This document shows positions 45,374-56,001 of a stretch of DNA of 64,000 nt, piece by piece. This stretch comes from Deltaproteobacteria bacterium (GTDB lineage Bacteria > Desulfobacterota > Syntrophia > Syntrophales > JACQWR01), in the NCBI GenBank assembly GCA_016209105.1, contig JACQWR010000013.1, positions 30,623 to 94,622 of the forward strand. Reading direction: 5' to 3'. The first letter of the stretch is position 1. The number at the start of each line of letters is the position of its first letter. The notes under the pieces were generated by a model, which made no database searches, was not told the origin of the DNA, and saw nothing but the letters and a program-made list of their open reading frames with translations. The translations under genes and the position numbers were made by a program.

Positions 45374-48300
45374 CTACAGGAACCGCGTGGAACCAGCTCC
45401 GAGTATGTGGTCGGCTTCTTTTTTTATGGCGGGTGTAATATTGATTTGGATATCTCTGCCGAGATAGACAACCGTTTCGCTTTTCTCATCCATCAGGTGA
45501 ATGTATCCATCGCATTTGCCACGGTGCTGTGCGAACAGCGAGTAAAGTGATTCAATATCGGCAGATGATGTTTTGGTTATATCCACCGTAAAATGAACCG
45601 CGCTTAATACGCTCCCTTCAGCGAGCGTCAACGCACTTATCTCGTTGGCAATTACCTTTACACTGTCTTCCCCCACGTCCAGTGTCCCCTGTATCAAAAT
45701 CGGTTCCTCATCATGCAGTAAGGAGTAGGCTTTTTTATAAAGTTCGGGGAAGATTATGACCGTCACCGATCCCTTGAGATCTTCAATTGTCGCGTAGGCC
45801 ATGATTTCTTTTCTTCTCGTGGTAACTTCGCGTATACCGCTTACAACCCCTCCGAACAGCACTGTTTCCTTGTCGTTTTTGTCTGACATACCCGCGGAAT
45901 CCGTGTTGGCAATCATGGCCAGCCTGTCTGCATAACGTAAAAGCGGGTGCCCGGTGATATAAAAACCCAACGTTTCTTTCTCATAACCGAGGAGTTCCTT
46001 GTGGTCCCATTCGGAAATATCCGGGATCCGGTTGTATTGCGAGAGAGTTTCCCCGATCTTATCGTGAGCGGAAGAACCTCCCGCCAGATCGAAGAGGCTG
46101 GTTTGACCGTTTGACTCCTCTTTATGGCGTTTCTGTACCGCCTCCATTATTTCCTCGCAGCAGGTCATCAGTTGGCGTCGATTATGCCCCATGGAATCGA
46201 AGGCACCGCATTTGATAAGACTTTCCACTACCCTTTTGTTGACCTTCCGCATGTCTACACGGTTACAAAAATCATGAAACGAAAGAAATTTTCCGTCTTT
46301 ATCCCTTGCAGCGATAATTGTTTCGATGGCGCCGACACCGACATTTTTTACTGCGGCCAGTCCGAACCGTATCCTGTCACCGCTTACACTGAAGTCACTG
46401 AGAGATTCGTTGATATCGGGGGGCAGGACATCAATCCCCATATCCTTGCATCCGCTGATATGTTTGATTATTTTATCCCTGTTGTCCTTTTCACTGGTGA
46501 GGAGCGCCGCCATAAATTCTACGGGATAATGGGCTTTAAGGTAGGCAGTCTGGTATGAAATCATTGCATAGGCGGTGCTATGCGACTTGTTGAAGCCATA
46601 TTCCGCAAATGTTTCCATCTGTTCCCAGATTTTCCTGGTCTTGACCTCAGAGACCTTATTTTTTTTGGCCCCTTCGAGAAATTTTGGCTTCTCCTTTTCC
46701 ATTTCGGAAGTTTTTTTCTTGCTCATAACCTTCCGCAGGGTATCCGCTTCCGCCATCGAGTAGTTGCCGATGGTCACAGCTATCTGCATCACCTGCTCCT
46801 GGTAAAGAATGACGCCGTATGTTTCTCGCAGAATATCTTCCAGTTCCGGAGTTTCGTAGATAATTTTTGTCTTGCCCTGCTTGCGGGTAATAAATTCCGG
46901 CACCATGTTCATAGGACCGGGCCGATACAGGGCAATCAGGGCGATGACATCCTCGATACGGTCCGGCTTCATGCGCAGCAGGATATCCTTCATCCCGGAG
47001 CTTTCCAATTGGAATACGCCGTCCGTATCCCCCCTCATAAGTAGTTGATACGCCTTAGCATCATTCAGCGGGAGGTTCTTAATGTCAATTTCTTCTTTTC
47101 TGTTTAGTTTTATAAAAATAAGGGTATTCTTTATGACGGTAAGGGTCTTTAAGCCCAGAAAGTCAAATTTTGTGAGTCCCAGTTTCTGGATGTCGTTCAT
47201 GGGATACTGGGTGACAACGTCCTTATTAGGAGCACACAGCGGCACCCTCTCTACCAGAGGAACGTCCGATATAACGACGCCCGCGGCATGCGTCGAGGCA
47301 TGGCGGTTCAGACCCTCAAGGGCACGGGAGAGATCCAGGAGCTTTTTTATCTTCGGATTCTTCCTCTCCTCTTCTTGGAGACGGGGTTCCTTCTTTATGG
47401 CATCCTCAAGTGATATATTAAGAATGTTTGGTATCATCTTGGCGATACTGTCCACCTCGCCATAGGAGATATTGAGCGCCCGTCCCACATCCCGGATAAC
47501 CGCCCTCGCCTGCATTTTCCCGAAGGTGATTATCTGGGCAACTTTATCGCTGCCGTATTTTTCGGTAACATATCGAATGATTTCATCACGCCCTTCAGGA
47601 CAGAAATCAATGTCTATATCGGGCATGCTTATCCGGTCCGGATTAAGAAACCTCTCAAAGAACAAACTGTACCGTATCGGATCTATTTCCGTAATGCCGA
47701 TCGCATAGGCAACCAGGCTCCCGGCGGCAGAACCGCGTCCGGGCCCCACGGGTATATTTTTTTGCTTTGCGTAACTGACAAAATCGGAAACGATCAGGAA
47801 ATACCCGGCAAACCCCATGGACTTGATGATTTCTAATTCACGGTGCAGCCGCTGTTCATATTTTGTGCGCAGATCGGGACTGCCGTCCTTAAGTATACTG
47901 GACATTAATTTTTGAAGCCCTTGCTCGGCTGCCTTCTTCAGGCGCTCATCAAGGGTCTCATCGGGATCGATCTCAAAATGGGGGAGGAAAAAACTGCCGA
48001 AGTCCAGCGTCAGGTTACATCTCTCAGCAATATTTATTGTATTTGCAATAGCTTCTGGGCAGTAGCTGAACAATTGCTTCATGTCTTCCGGCGAACGCAC
48101 GTAGAATTGATCCGTAGCGAAACGCATCCGGTCCTGGTCTTCGATGGTCTTACCCGTCTGGATGCAAAGCAGCACTTCATGGGCCTCCGCGTCTCCACGG
48201 TTCAGGTAATGGCAATCGTTCGTAGCGACCAGAGGAATGGAGAGCTCCCCGCTGATTTCGATTAAACCGGTGTTTGCCTTCTTCTGCTCAGGCAGGCCGT

Positions 48301-48844
48301 TTTCCATAATTTCAAGATAAAAATTGTCCTCTCCCCCAAAGATGTCACGGTATTCTGCGGCCACCCTTTTCGCGGCATCGCGGTTTCCCTTGAGCAGAAG
48401 GTCGGATATTTCACCGTGGAGACAGGCGCTCATCGCAATAAGCCCCTCATGATGTTTCTTGAGGATTTCTTTATCAACGCGGGGACGGTAGTAAAAACCT
48501 TCCAAATAACCGGCGGTGGTGAGCTTCATCAGATTCTTGTATCCCTGCATGTTCTTCACCAGAAGCACTAGGTGTCTCGTGGCGTCCCTGGCTCTTTCGG
48601 TCGTCTTGTCCAGGCGGCTGTTGGGAGCGACGTATATTTCACAACCAATAATGGGCTTGATGCCGTATTTATATGCATGCTGGAAAAAGTCTATAGAGCC
48701 GAACATATTGCCATGATCGGTCATGGCGATAGCAGGCATTCGATATTCCTTGGCTTTTTTGAAAAGGTCATCCAGACGTACGGTCCCGTCTAAGAGACTG
48801 TACTGTGTATGTAAATGCAGATGAACGAAATCGGCGTGTTTCAT
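45374..48844 (-). CDS. dnaE: DNA polymerase III alpha subunit
   Basis: 1156 aa. The PHP domain is FVHLHLHTQYSLLDG. Also GPGRGSAAGSLVAYAIGIT, PDIDIDF and NKSHSTAYA. Confidence 0.95.
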   Translation of the reverse strand: MKHADFVHLHLHTQYSLLDGTVRLDDLFKKAKEYRMPAIAMTDHGNMFGSIDFFQHAYKYGIKPIIGCEIYVAPNSRLDKTTERARDATRHLVLLVKNMQGYKNLMKLTTAGYLEGFYYRPRVDKEILKKHHEGLIAMSACLHGEISDLLLKGNRDAAKRVAAEYRDIFGGEDNFYLEIMENGLPEQKKANTGLIEISGELSIPLVATNDCHYLNRGDAEAHEVLLCIQTGKTIEDQDRMRFATDQFYVRSPEDMKQLFSYCPEAIANTINIAERCNLTLDFGSFFLPHFEIDPDETLDERLKKAAEQGLQKLMSSILKDGSPDLRTKYEQRLHRELEIIKSMGFAGYFLIVSDFVSYAKQKNIPVGPGRGSAAGSLVAYAIGITEIDPIRYSLFFERFLNPDRISMPDIDIDFCPEGRDEIIRYVTEKYGSDKVAQIITFGKMQARAVIRDVGRALNISYGEVDSIAKMIPNILNISLEDAIKKEPRLQEEERKNPKIKKLLDLSRALEGLNRHASTHAAGVVISDVPLVERVPLCAPNKDVVTQYPMNDIQKLGLTKFDFLGLKTLTVIKNTLIFIKLNRKEEIDIKNLPLNDAKAYQLLMRGDTDGVFQLESSGMKDILLRMKPDRIEDVIALIALYRPGPMNMVPEFITRKQGKTKIIYETPELEDILRETYGVILYQEQVMQIAVTIGNYSMAEADTLRKVMSKKKTSEMEKEKPKFLEGAKKNKVSEVKTRKIWEQMETFAEYGFNKSHSTAYAMISYQTAYLKAHYPVEFMAALLTSEKDNRDKIIKHISGCKDMGIDVLPPDINESLSDFSVSGDRIRFGLAAVKNVGVGAIETIIAARDKDGKFLSFHDFCNRVDMRKVNKRVVESLIKCGAFDSMGHNRRQLMTCCEEIMEAVQKRHKEESNGQTSLFDLAGGSSAHDKIGETLSQYNRIPDISEWDHKELLGYEKETLGFYITGHPLLRYADRLAMIANTDSAGMSDKNDKETVLFGGVVSGIREVTTRRKEIMAYATIEDLKGSVTVIIFPELYKKAYSLLHDEEPILIQGTLDVGEDSVKVIANEISALTLAEGSVLSAVHFTVDITKTSSADIESLYSLFAQHRGKCDGYIHLMDEKSETVVYLGRDIQINITPAIKKEADHILGAGSTRFL

Positions 48845-48868
48845 TATAAGATAAATCGGTTTCTCCGG

Positions 48869-50329
48869 TTAGTCGAGCCAATAGTTGGGGGCTTCTTTGG
48901 TGATAATAACGTCGTGCACATGACTTTCACGGAGACCGGCGGAAGTGATGCGGACAAATTTAGTCTTCTCTCTCAATTCTTTTATCGCCTTACAGCCGAC
49001 ATACCCCATACCTGCCTTCAAACCACCGACCAACTGATGGATGCTTGCCGACAGCGAGCCCCGGAACGGCACCCTGCCCTCAATCCCCTCCGGCACCAGC
49101 TTGAGATTGCTTTCAATGTCGTCTTGATAATATCTGTCCTTGCTCCCCGCCTTCATGGCCTCAAGTGACCCCATACCCCGGTATACCTTGTAACTTCGAC
49201 CTTGGAACAGGATGGTTTCTCCGGGGCTTTCCTCGGTCCCGGCAAAAAGGCCGCCTATCATGACGGCATAAGCACCGGCGGCAAGCGCTTTTACGATGTC
49301 GCCGGAAAACTTGATGCCCCCGTCGGCGATCACCGGGATACCGGAGCGTGAGGCGATCTTGAAAGAGTCTCTGATGGCGCTCATCTGGGGTACACCGATA
49401 CCGGCAATGACGCGGGTGGTACATATCGAGCCCGGCCCCACCCCTACTTTGACGGCGTCAACACCCGCATCAATCAGTGCCTTGGCGCCTTCAGAGGTGG
49501 CCACGTTGCCAGCAATAAGCTCACATTTCGGGAAATTCTTCTTGGTGTCCCGTATAGCATCGAGAACGGTATGCGAATGTCCATGCGACGTATCAATGAC
49601 AATTACGTCGGCGCCGGCAGTCAGCAGCGCATCAACCCGTGCTTCACGATCAAGTACGCCGACCGCCCCACCTACCCGCAATCTCCCCATCGGGTCCTTA
49701 CAGGCATGGGGATATTTCTTGATCTTTTCGATGTCCTTAATGGTAATCAATCCCTTGAGATTGTAATCGCTGTCCACTACCAAAAGCTTTTCGATACGGT
49801 GTTTATGAAGCAGTTTCTTCGAGTCTTCCAGCGAAATGCTCGATGATACCGTAACCAGATTATCCTTGGTCATGACATTGGCTACGGGTTGATCAAGGTT
49901 TGTTTCAAAGCGGAGATCGCGGTTTGTGAGGATGCCCGCCAGTTTGTTTTTTTTAACGACCGGAACCCCCGATATCTTGTACCGGTGCATCAGCTCAAGG
50001 GCGGCCTGCACCTTTTGTTCCGGTTCAATGGTAATAGGATCAACGATCATACCGCTTTCTGATTTCTTGACCTTATCCACTTCGATAGCCTGTCTCTCAA
50101 TGCTCATGTTACGGTGGATTATCCCAATGCCGCCTTCCTGTGCCAGGCATATGGCCGTGCTGGATTCGGTCACCGTATCCATGGCCGCGCTTATGATCGG
50201 AATATTAAGAGCGATATTCTTCGTAAGCAGCGTCGTTGTTTCCACCTCTTTGGGATGGATGGCGGATTCTGCCGGTACCAGAAGAAGATCGTCAAAGGTA
50301 AGCGCCTCTTTTACATTATCATCCAACAT
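48869..50329 (-). CDS. guaB: IMP dehydrogenase
   Basis: [10 protein letters not shown], a CBS pair, [11 protein letters not shown] and [11 protein letters not shown] at 50329 follows GGAGG, so the longer ORF extension was rejected. Confidence 0.93.
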   Translation of the reverse strand: MLDDNVKEALTFDDLLLVPAESAIHPKEVETTTLLTKNIALNIPIISAAMDTVTESSTAICLAQEGGIGIIHRNMSIERQAIEVDKVKKSESGMIVDPITIEPEQKVQAALELMHRYKISGVPVVKKNKLAGILTNRDLRFETNLDQPVANVMTKDNLVTVSSSISLEDSKKLLHKHRIEKLLVVDSDYNLKGLITIKDIEKIKKYPHACKDPMGRLRVGGAVGVLDREARVDALLTAGADVIVIDTSHGHSHTVLDAIRDTKKNFPKCELIAGNVATSEGAKALIDAGVDAVKVGVGPGSICTTRVIAGIGVPQMSAIRDSFKIASRSGIPVIADGGIKFSGDIVKALAAGAYAVMIGGLFAGTEESPGETILFQGRSYKVYRGMGSLEAMKAGSKDRYYQDDIESNLKLVPEGIEGRVPFRGSLSASIHQLVGGLKAGMGYVGCKAIKELREKTKFVRITSAGLRESHVHDVIITKEAPNYWLD

Positions 50330-50393
50330 GATTGCCTCCGTTTGGTGTGCGTATGAATTGCTGGTGCATATCGAGGTTGTTCCGCGCATTTGT

Positions 50394-50846
50394 TCATATG
50401 CGTGCCTTGTCCACATGATATGAACGTCCGTTTATTACGACATAATACCGGCCATCGTTGTCGTCGTGCGTTATATAGTTTGCCAGTTGGTAATACGCCG
50501 GACGTGAAAAACGGGCCCTAAATTTATTGTTCTTTACCCTACAATAGAGAATATTGGCGTCGGAAATGCTCAGGCTGTTCAGATCGAGATCCTCAATACT
50601 GTCGTCAGACAAAAGGATGGAGAAAAAATCCCTGCCGGTATTTTCAGTGAATGATACTTTTTTAACTACAAAAGGAGTGTCTTCAACCTCAACGGGAGAT
50701 CGTTCATTATTCAATTCGATCAGGTAGTTGCCCGCCTCATCGCACGTGAGATTCTGGGCAAAAAACATAATAATATCTTTCCTGATCATCTCAGCGTTGT
50801 TATAATACCATACTCCTTCCTTGTCAATCCGGATGCCGGATCCCAT
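50394..50846 (-). CDS. DUF1285-like protein
   Basis: [25 protein letters not shown]...[11 protein letters not shown] resembles the DUF1285 family signature as I recall it. Confidence 0.6.
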   Translation of the reverse strand: MGSGIRIDKEGVWYYNNAEMIRKDIIMFFAQNLTCDEAGNYLIELNNERSPVEVEDTPFVVKKVSFTENTGRDFFSILLSDDSIEDLDLNSLSISDANILYCRVKNNKFRARFSRPAYYQLANYITHDDNDGRYYVVINGRSYHVDKARI

Positions 50847-51322
50847 TACTCGCCGTCCTGAAGACGCTTCCGGCTGTCTATCAACATGGTTACCGGACCG
50901 TCATTGATGAGCGCCACTTTCATCATGGCTTGAAATTCTCCCGCTGCAACCCGCCGAATCCTGGCTGACGCACTCTTTAAAAAATAATCGTATAGCACCC
51001 TCGCCCGTGCCGGTTCCTCCGCATCCGTAAAGGAAGGCCTCCTGCCCTTCGCCGTATCGGCAAGAAGTGTGAATTGCGATACAAGAAGCATTTCACCCGG
51101 CACTTCAACTAAGGAACGGTTCATTTTCCCGGCATCATCTTCGAATATGCGCAGATTGATGATCTTATTGAGGAGATACTCGGCATCGGCTCGTTCATCT
51201 CCCTTCGCAACACCAAGGAATACAAGCACTCCCCTGTCAATGGCGGCCACCACATTCCCGTCAATGGTTACGCTTGCACACTCAACTCTCTGCACTACCG
51301 ATCGCACGCTTTTTAACTCCAT
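50846..51322 (-). CDS. dtd: D-aminoacyl-tRNA deacylase
   Basis: RSVVQRV, LVFLGV, LLVSQFTLLADT.KGRRPSF and GPVT. The start is uncertain: ATG 51322, or the GTG at 51307. Confidence 0.87.
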   Translation of the reverse strand: MELKSVRSVVQRVECASVTIDGNVVAAIDRGVLVFLGVAKGDERADAEYLLNKIINLRIFEDDAGKMNRSLVEVPGEMLLVSQFTLLADTAKGRRPSFTDAEEPARARVLYDYFLKSASARIRRVAAGEFQAMMKVALINDGPVTMLIDSRKRLQDGE

Positions 51323-51453
51323 TTTTATGATTAGTACTTCTACCAACAAATATTCTCTCCTTCAAGTTATTTTATGAATTTGGTGGTTGTTGCAGAGTAG
51401 CGACAGCAATGCTATTATGCGCGCTCAGTGAAAAGACCGTTTTCAGGAGGGGT

Positions 51454-52845
51454 ATGCACGTTACGGGAAACACAAATATCCTGTTCATCAATCCATGGAT
51501 ACATGATTTTGCCGCTTATGATTTCTGGATCAAACCGCTGGGGCTTCTCTCTATAGCCTCTTTGCTTCGCGCCAACAATTATAACGTCGCGCTGATTGAT
51601 TGCCTTAATCCCCTGCACCCCCAACTTGCCCAGGAGCCGGGGATTCTTCTCTCTAAGCGAAAATCTTCCGGACACGGCAAGTTTCCGAAGGCAGTTATCC
51701 CCAAGCCGGAGCCGTTGCAGCACATACCCAAACGATATCATCGCTACGGCATTACCCCCCGTTTATTCAGGCAAGCGCTTGATGATCATCCGCGACCGTC
51801 GCTTGTCTTGGTGACATCCATGATGACCTACTGGTATCCGGGGGTGTTTGAAGCGATCCGCATCGTGCGGGAAGCCCTTCCGGGAGTACCGATTGTACTG
51901 GGCGGCAACTACGTCAACCTCTGTCCGGACCATGCAACGGCGTCTGGCGCGGATTTTACGGTCCAGGGCGCCGGCGAAAAGGTTATCCCCTCGCTCTTAC
52001 GCACCATATTGGGGAGAGGGGATTTATCCTTTATGCCGGATTATAAAAATCTCGATACCTATCCTTACCCTGCTTTCGATCTCCTGGATTTGAAGGATCA
52101 GGTCCCGATTCTTACCTCCCGGGGATGTCCCTATTGTTGTACCTACTGCGCTTCTCATCTTTTGAATGAGACGTTTCTCAGGCGAGATCCCGGCAAGGTG
52201 GCAGATGAAATATCCTACTGGCACAAAAGATTTGGTATCCGTCACTTCTCCTTTTATGATGATGCCCTTCTGGTCAATCCCCATGAAATGATAATTCCCC
52301 TTCTGAAAGAAGTAATCAGACAAAACCGGGACTGCCAGTTTCATTGCCCCAACGGCATGCATTTGCGGGAGATTACGCCGGAAATAAGCAAATTGATGTT
52401 CCGGGCCGGATTCAAAACAATCCGTTTTGGTTTCGAGACCTCGGATGAAAACAATCAGGAAAAAACAGGGGGCAAGGTAAACAATGCACATTTCATTCAA
52501 GCAGTGTCATACCTGAAAGAGGCCGGTTATGAACGTTCGGATATCGGGATTTATATCCTGTGCGGTCTGCCGGGACAGGCATGCCGTGAGGTGCGCGATA
52601 CCATAGAGTACGTCCATGCAAAGGGGGCAAAACCTGTTATCGCCGAGTATTCGCCTATCCCGGGAACAGCCTTGTGGCCGGAGGCTGTCAAGAGTTCCCG
52701 GTACGACATCTCCTCTGACCCTTTATTTCACAACAATTCCCTCCTTCCCTGTCAGGGGGAGGCCCTGACCTTTGATATGTACAACGATTTAAAATCCCTG
52801 ACCAGAACACGTTCAGAACGGCAGGGAATGCGCTCGCTCCCCTAA
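51454..52845 (+). CDS. B12-binding-domain radical SAM protein
   Basis: The N-terminal Rossmann-like ILFINPW...LGLLSIASLL is followed by radical SAM SRGCPYCCTYC (CxxxCxxC). ATG 51454 follows AGGAGG. Confidence 0.78.
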   Translation: MHVTGNTNILFINPWIHDFAAYDFWIKPLGLLSIASLLRANNYNVALIDCLNPLHPQLAQEPGILLSKRKSSGHGKFPKAVIPKPEPLQHIPKRYHRYGITPRLFRQALDDHPRPSLVLVTSMMTYWYPGVFEAIRIVREALPGVPIVLGGNYVNLCPDHATASGADFTVQGAGEKVIPSLLRTILGRGDLSFMPDYKNLDTYPYPAFDLLDLKDQVPILTSRGCPYCCTYCASHLLNETFLRRDPGKVADEISYWHKRFGIRHFSFYDDALLVNPHEMIIPLLKEVIRQNRDCQFHCPNGMHLREITPEISKLMFRAGFKTIRFGFETSDENNQEKTGGKVNNAHFIQAVSYLKEAGYERSDIGIYILCGLPGQACREVRDTIEYVHAKGAKPVIAEYSPIPGTALWPEAVKSSRYDISSDPLFHNNSLLPCQGEALTFDMYNDLKSLTRTRSERQGMRSLP

Positions 52846-52881
52846 CATCCCCGGCGTTCTCCTCTTTGGGAAAAATCGGCC

Positions 52882-52910
52882 TTGACAGACGGTCATGAGC
52901 ATCCTATATT
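52882..52910 (+). promoter_or_regulatory. Candidate strong sigma70 promoter
   Basis: TTGACA (52882-52887), a 17-nt spacer, then TATATT (52905-52910). It lies about 60 nt upstream of the zinc-ribbon gene. Confidence 0.45.
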
Positions 52911-52971
52911 CGGACACGTATAACGGGATTGAGTCAAAGGCATATGCTTTAAATAAGGAAAGGGAAAGGCG

Positions 52972-53178
52972 ATGCCCATATACGAATTTGCATGCAAGAA
53001 ATGCGGGCACAACTTCGAGGTTCTATACCGTGCGAGCGATGGGACCTCTATGCCTTTCTGCCCCGCCTGTAAGTCGAAGAAAACGGAAAAGCTGATGTCC
53101 ATCTTTGGCGGAAAGTTCGGCAACGCCTCCGCGGGAGGCGGTAAATCCTGCAGCGCCACGTCCTGTCCGCCGTCCTGA
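52972..53178 (+). CDS. FmdB-family zinc-ribbon protein
   Basis: MPIYEFACKKCGHNFEVL....CPACKS is the CxxC...CxxC FmdB signature. Confidence 0.8.
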   Translation: MPIYEFACKKCGHNFEVLYRASDGTSMPFCPACKSKKTEKLMSIFGGKFGNASAGGGKSCSATSCPPS

Positions 53179-53298
53179 TCTTGCTAAATCACGCGGCAGG
53201 TTGCCGTGGCGGCAAACAAGCACATCCAGCACTTGACCAATGCGCCGGGAAACTGTTAATCTTCTAACTGAACTTCTATCAATCATTCGAGGTGCATT

Positions 53299-53973
53299 AT
53301 GAACATACTTATTTTCGGTCCCAACGGCAGCGGCAAGGGTACGCAAGGAGCTATTGTACAGAAGAAATTCGGCGTACCCCATATCGAAACGGGAGTGATT
53401 TTTCGGGAGAACATTTCCAAGGGAACAGAACTGGGCACAAAGGCAAAATCTTACATTGACAAGGGGGAGTTGGTTCCTGATGGAATCACCATACCCATGA
53501 TCCTCAACCGTCTTAAGGCAGATGATTGTCTGAAGGGTTGGCTCCTCGACGGTTTTCCCCGCAACCTGGCGCAGGCAGAGGCCCTCTGGCAGGCCCTGCA
53601 AAAGGAGAAGATCAAACTGGACTACGTAATTGAAATAGTGCTGGACAGGAAAACGGCGAAGAAGCGGATCATGGGACGGAGGCTCTGCGCCACCGACAAT
53701 AACCACCCCAACAACATATTCATTGACGCCATCAAGCCGACCGAAAAGGACGGAAAGATAGTTTGCCGAGTCTGCGGCAGCGATAAGCTGACCACCCGCG
53801 CTGATGACCAGGATGAGGCCGCAATTGACAAAAGGCACGGCATTTACTACGACTCTCAAACGGGAACCATGGCCGCTGTTAATTTCTTCAGGGATAAGAC
53901 ACGGGTGATCGAGATAAGCGGTCTCCCCGGCGTCAAGGAGGTGACTGAAGATCTCCTCAAGAAGCTTAAGTAA
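53299..53973 (+). CDS. adk: Adenylate kinase
   Basis: ILIFGPNGSGKGTQ and GWLLDGFPRN, with a lid carrying CxxD....CxxCG. Confidence 0.93.
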   Translation: MNILIFGPNGSGKGTQGAIVQKKFGVPHIETGVIFRENISKGTELGTKAKSYIDKGELVPDGITIPMILNRLKADDCLKGWLLDGFPRNLAQAEALWQALQKEKIKLDYVIEIVLDRKTAKKRIMGRRLCATDNNHPNNIFIDAIKPTEKDGKIVCRVCGSDKLTTRADDQDEAAIDKRHGIYYDSQTGTMAAVNFFRDKTRVIEISGLPGVKEVTEDLLKKLK

Positions 53974-53996
53974 CACCGGCACACTTCTGTCTCAAA

Positions 53997-54027
53997 AGCC
54001 TTCCTTTGCTTGCGGAGGGCTTTTTTT
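53997..54027 (+). terminator. Rho-independent terminator after adk
   Basis: Stem AGCCTTCC (53997-54004) pairs with GGAGGGCT (54014-54021), giving 8 bp with one G-U. The loop is 9 nt and is followed by TTTTTTT (54021-54027). Confidence 0.65.
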
Positions 54028-54052
54028 ATAAACCAGGACGCGATCGTTTAAG

Positions 54053-55849
54053 ATGGACAACATCCGTAATTTCAGCATCATCGCCCATATAGACCACGGC
54101 AAATCTACGCTTGCCGATCGGCTGATCCAATTTACGGGTGTGTCTAATGAGCGCACCTTCAAGGATCAGATCCTCGATAACATGGATATCGAGCGGGAGC
54201 GGGGCATTACGATCAAGAGCCAGGCAGTTGCCCTGCCCTATCGCGCGCTTGATGGAAAAGAGTACACGCTCAACCTGATTGACACGCCGGGTCATGTGGA
54301 TTTCTCCTACGAAGTTTCCCGCTCGCTTGCGTCCTGCGAGGGGGTTCTCCTTCTCATTGACGCCGCCCAGGGCGTACAGGCGCAGACCCTTGCCAACCTC
54401 TACCTTGCAATGGAGCACTCACTGGAGGTCATCCCCGTCATCAACAAGATAGACCTTCCGTCCGCCGATGTGGAACGGGTGCTGGAGCAGATAGATGCGG
54501 AGCTGGGGCTTGACCCCGACACCCATCTGAAGTGTTCCGCTAAAGAAGGCACGGGCATTGAAGAGATTCTGGAGGCGATTGTGGAGCGTATCCCTCCTCC
54601 GAAGGGAAGTACGGAAGCGCCGCTCGCCGCCTTGATATTCGACGCGCAGTACGATTCCTACCGGGGCACGGTCATCCACTGCCGCGTCTTCGACGGCACC
54701 GTGAAAAGCGGCGATATTATACGCTTCATGTATAACAACTCCACCTACAAGGTGGAGGAAGTGGGTCATTTTCTGCTCTTACGGCAAAAACGGGAAAGTC
54801 TCTCCGCCGGAGAGGTTGGCTACATCATCGCCGGCGTGAAAACCGTTTCCGATGTCCGCACGGGCGATACGATCACCCTCAATGAACGTCCCTGCAGTGT
54901 TCCCCTGCCGGGCTTTAAGGAAATAAAGCCCGTTGTCTTCGCATCCATCTACCCGATCGCCTCCGACGATTACGAAGACCTGGCTTCCTCGCTGGAAAAA
55001 TACACGCTTAACGACGCCTCCTTCGTTTATCAAAAGGATTCTTCTGTAGCACTCGGACAGGGATTCCGCTGCGGCTTTCTGGGGCTTCTCCATCTTGAGA
55101 TCGTTCAGGAGCGGCTGGAACGGGAGTATGACCTCTCCATCATTCTGTCCGTGCCCAGCGTCCGTTTCCGTTTCACGCTGAGAGACGGGAGCCTCATAGA
55201 AGTGGATAACCCGGCGCACTACCCCGATCCCTCATCCATTCAGGAATCGGAGGAACCCTATATCCGGGCCGCCATGATGCTGCCCGAACGCTATCTGGGC
55301 GCCGTCATGAAACTCTGCATGGACAAGCGGGGGGTAAATTCCACCCTCAACTACCCGGCGCCCGGAAGGGCGGAGCTTACCTACGAGATGCCGCTTGCCG
55401 AGGTGATCTATGACTTCTACGACCGCTTCAAGTCCGTGACCCAGGGCTACGGCTCCTTCGACTATGACCTGATTGATTACCGGTTGAGCAATCTTGTTCT
55501 GCTGGATATACTGGTAAACGGCGAAAAGGTGGATGCCCTCTCCCAGATCGTGCACCGCGAACGGGCGCGGGCGCGGGGTCTGCAGGCCTGCGAACGGCTC
55601 AAGGAGGAAATCCCCCGGCAGATGTTCAAGATCGCGATCCAGGCGGCCATCGGGGGCGAGATCATCGCCCGGACAACGGTCAACGCCTTCCGCAAGGACG
55701 TTATCGCCAAATGTTACGGCGGCGATATCAGCAGGAAGCGAAAACTCCTGGAAAAACAGAAAAAGGGCAAAAAGCGGATGAAGATGATCGGGTCGGTAAG
55801 CATTCCGCAGAGCGCCTTCCTGGCCGTCCTCAAGTCCGACGGGGATTAA
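54053..55849 (+). CDS. lepA: Elongation factor 4
   Basis: IRNFSIIAHIDHGKSTLADR, DTPGHVDF, NKID, and the LepA-specific C-terminus KCYGGDISRKRKLLEKQKKGKKRMK. Confidence 0.95.
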   Translation: MDNIRNFSIIAHIDHGKSTLADRLIQFTGVSNERTFKDQILDNMDIERERGITIKSQAVALPYRALDGKEYTLNLIDTPGHVDFSYEVSRSLASCEGVLLLIDAAQGVQAQTLANLYLAMEHSLEVIPVINKIDLPSADVERVLEQIDAELGLDPDTHLKCSAKEGTGIEEILEAIVERIPPPKGSTEAPLAALIFDAQYDSYRGTVIHCRVFDGTVKSGDIIRFMYNNSTYKVEEVGHFLLLRQKRESLSAGEVGYIIAGVKTVSDVRTGDTITLNERPCSVPLPGFKEIKPVVFASIYPIASDDYEDLASSLEKYTLNDASFVYQKDSSVALGQGFRCGFLGLLHLEIVQERLEREYDLSIILSVPSVRFRFTLRDGSLIEVDNPAHYPDPSSIQESEEPYIRAAMMLPERYLGAVMKLCMDKRGVNSTLNYPAPGRAELTYEMPLAEVIYDFYDRFKSVTQGYGSFDYDLIDYRLSNLVLLDILVNGEKVDALSQIVHRERARARGLQACERLKEEIPRQMFKIAIQAAIGGEIIARTTVNAFRKDVIAKCYGGDISRKRKLLEKQKKGKKRMKMIGSVSIPQSAFLAVLKSDGD

Positions 55850-56001
55850 TCAGCAGGCTGCTGAAAAGTGCCATCTGCTGCGTTTCCCTCATCCTTTGGC
55901 ATTCGACGTACGAACCAGTACGCCTCATGGCTCAGGATTTCTGGGGCCTTGCAGCTGGACACTTTTGAACCGCCTGCAAAAACGACTTTTTCAGCTGAAG
56001 G

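Noticed and set aside
55852-55866. A short hairpin TCAGC-AGGCT-GCTGA after lepA, considered as a terminator.
   Set aside because: The stem is only 5-6 bp, and it is followed by AAAAG rather than a T-tract.
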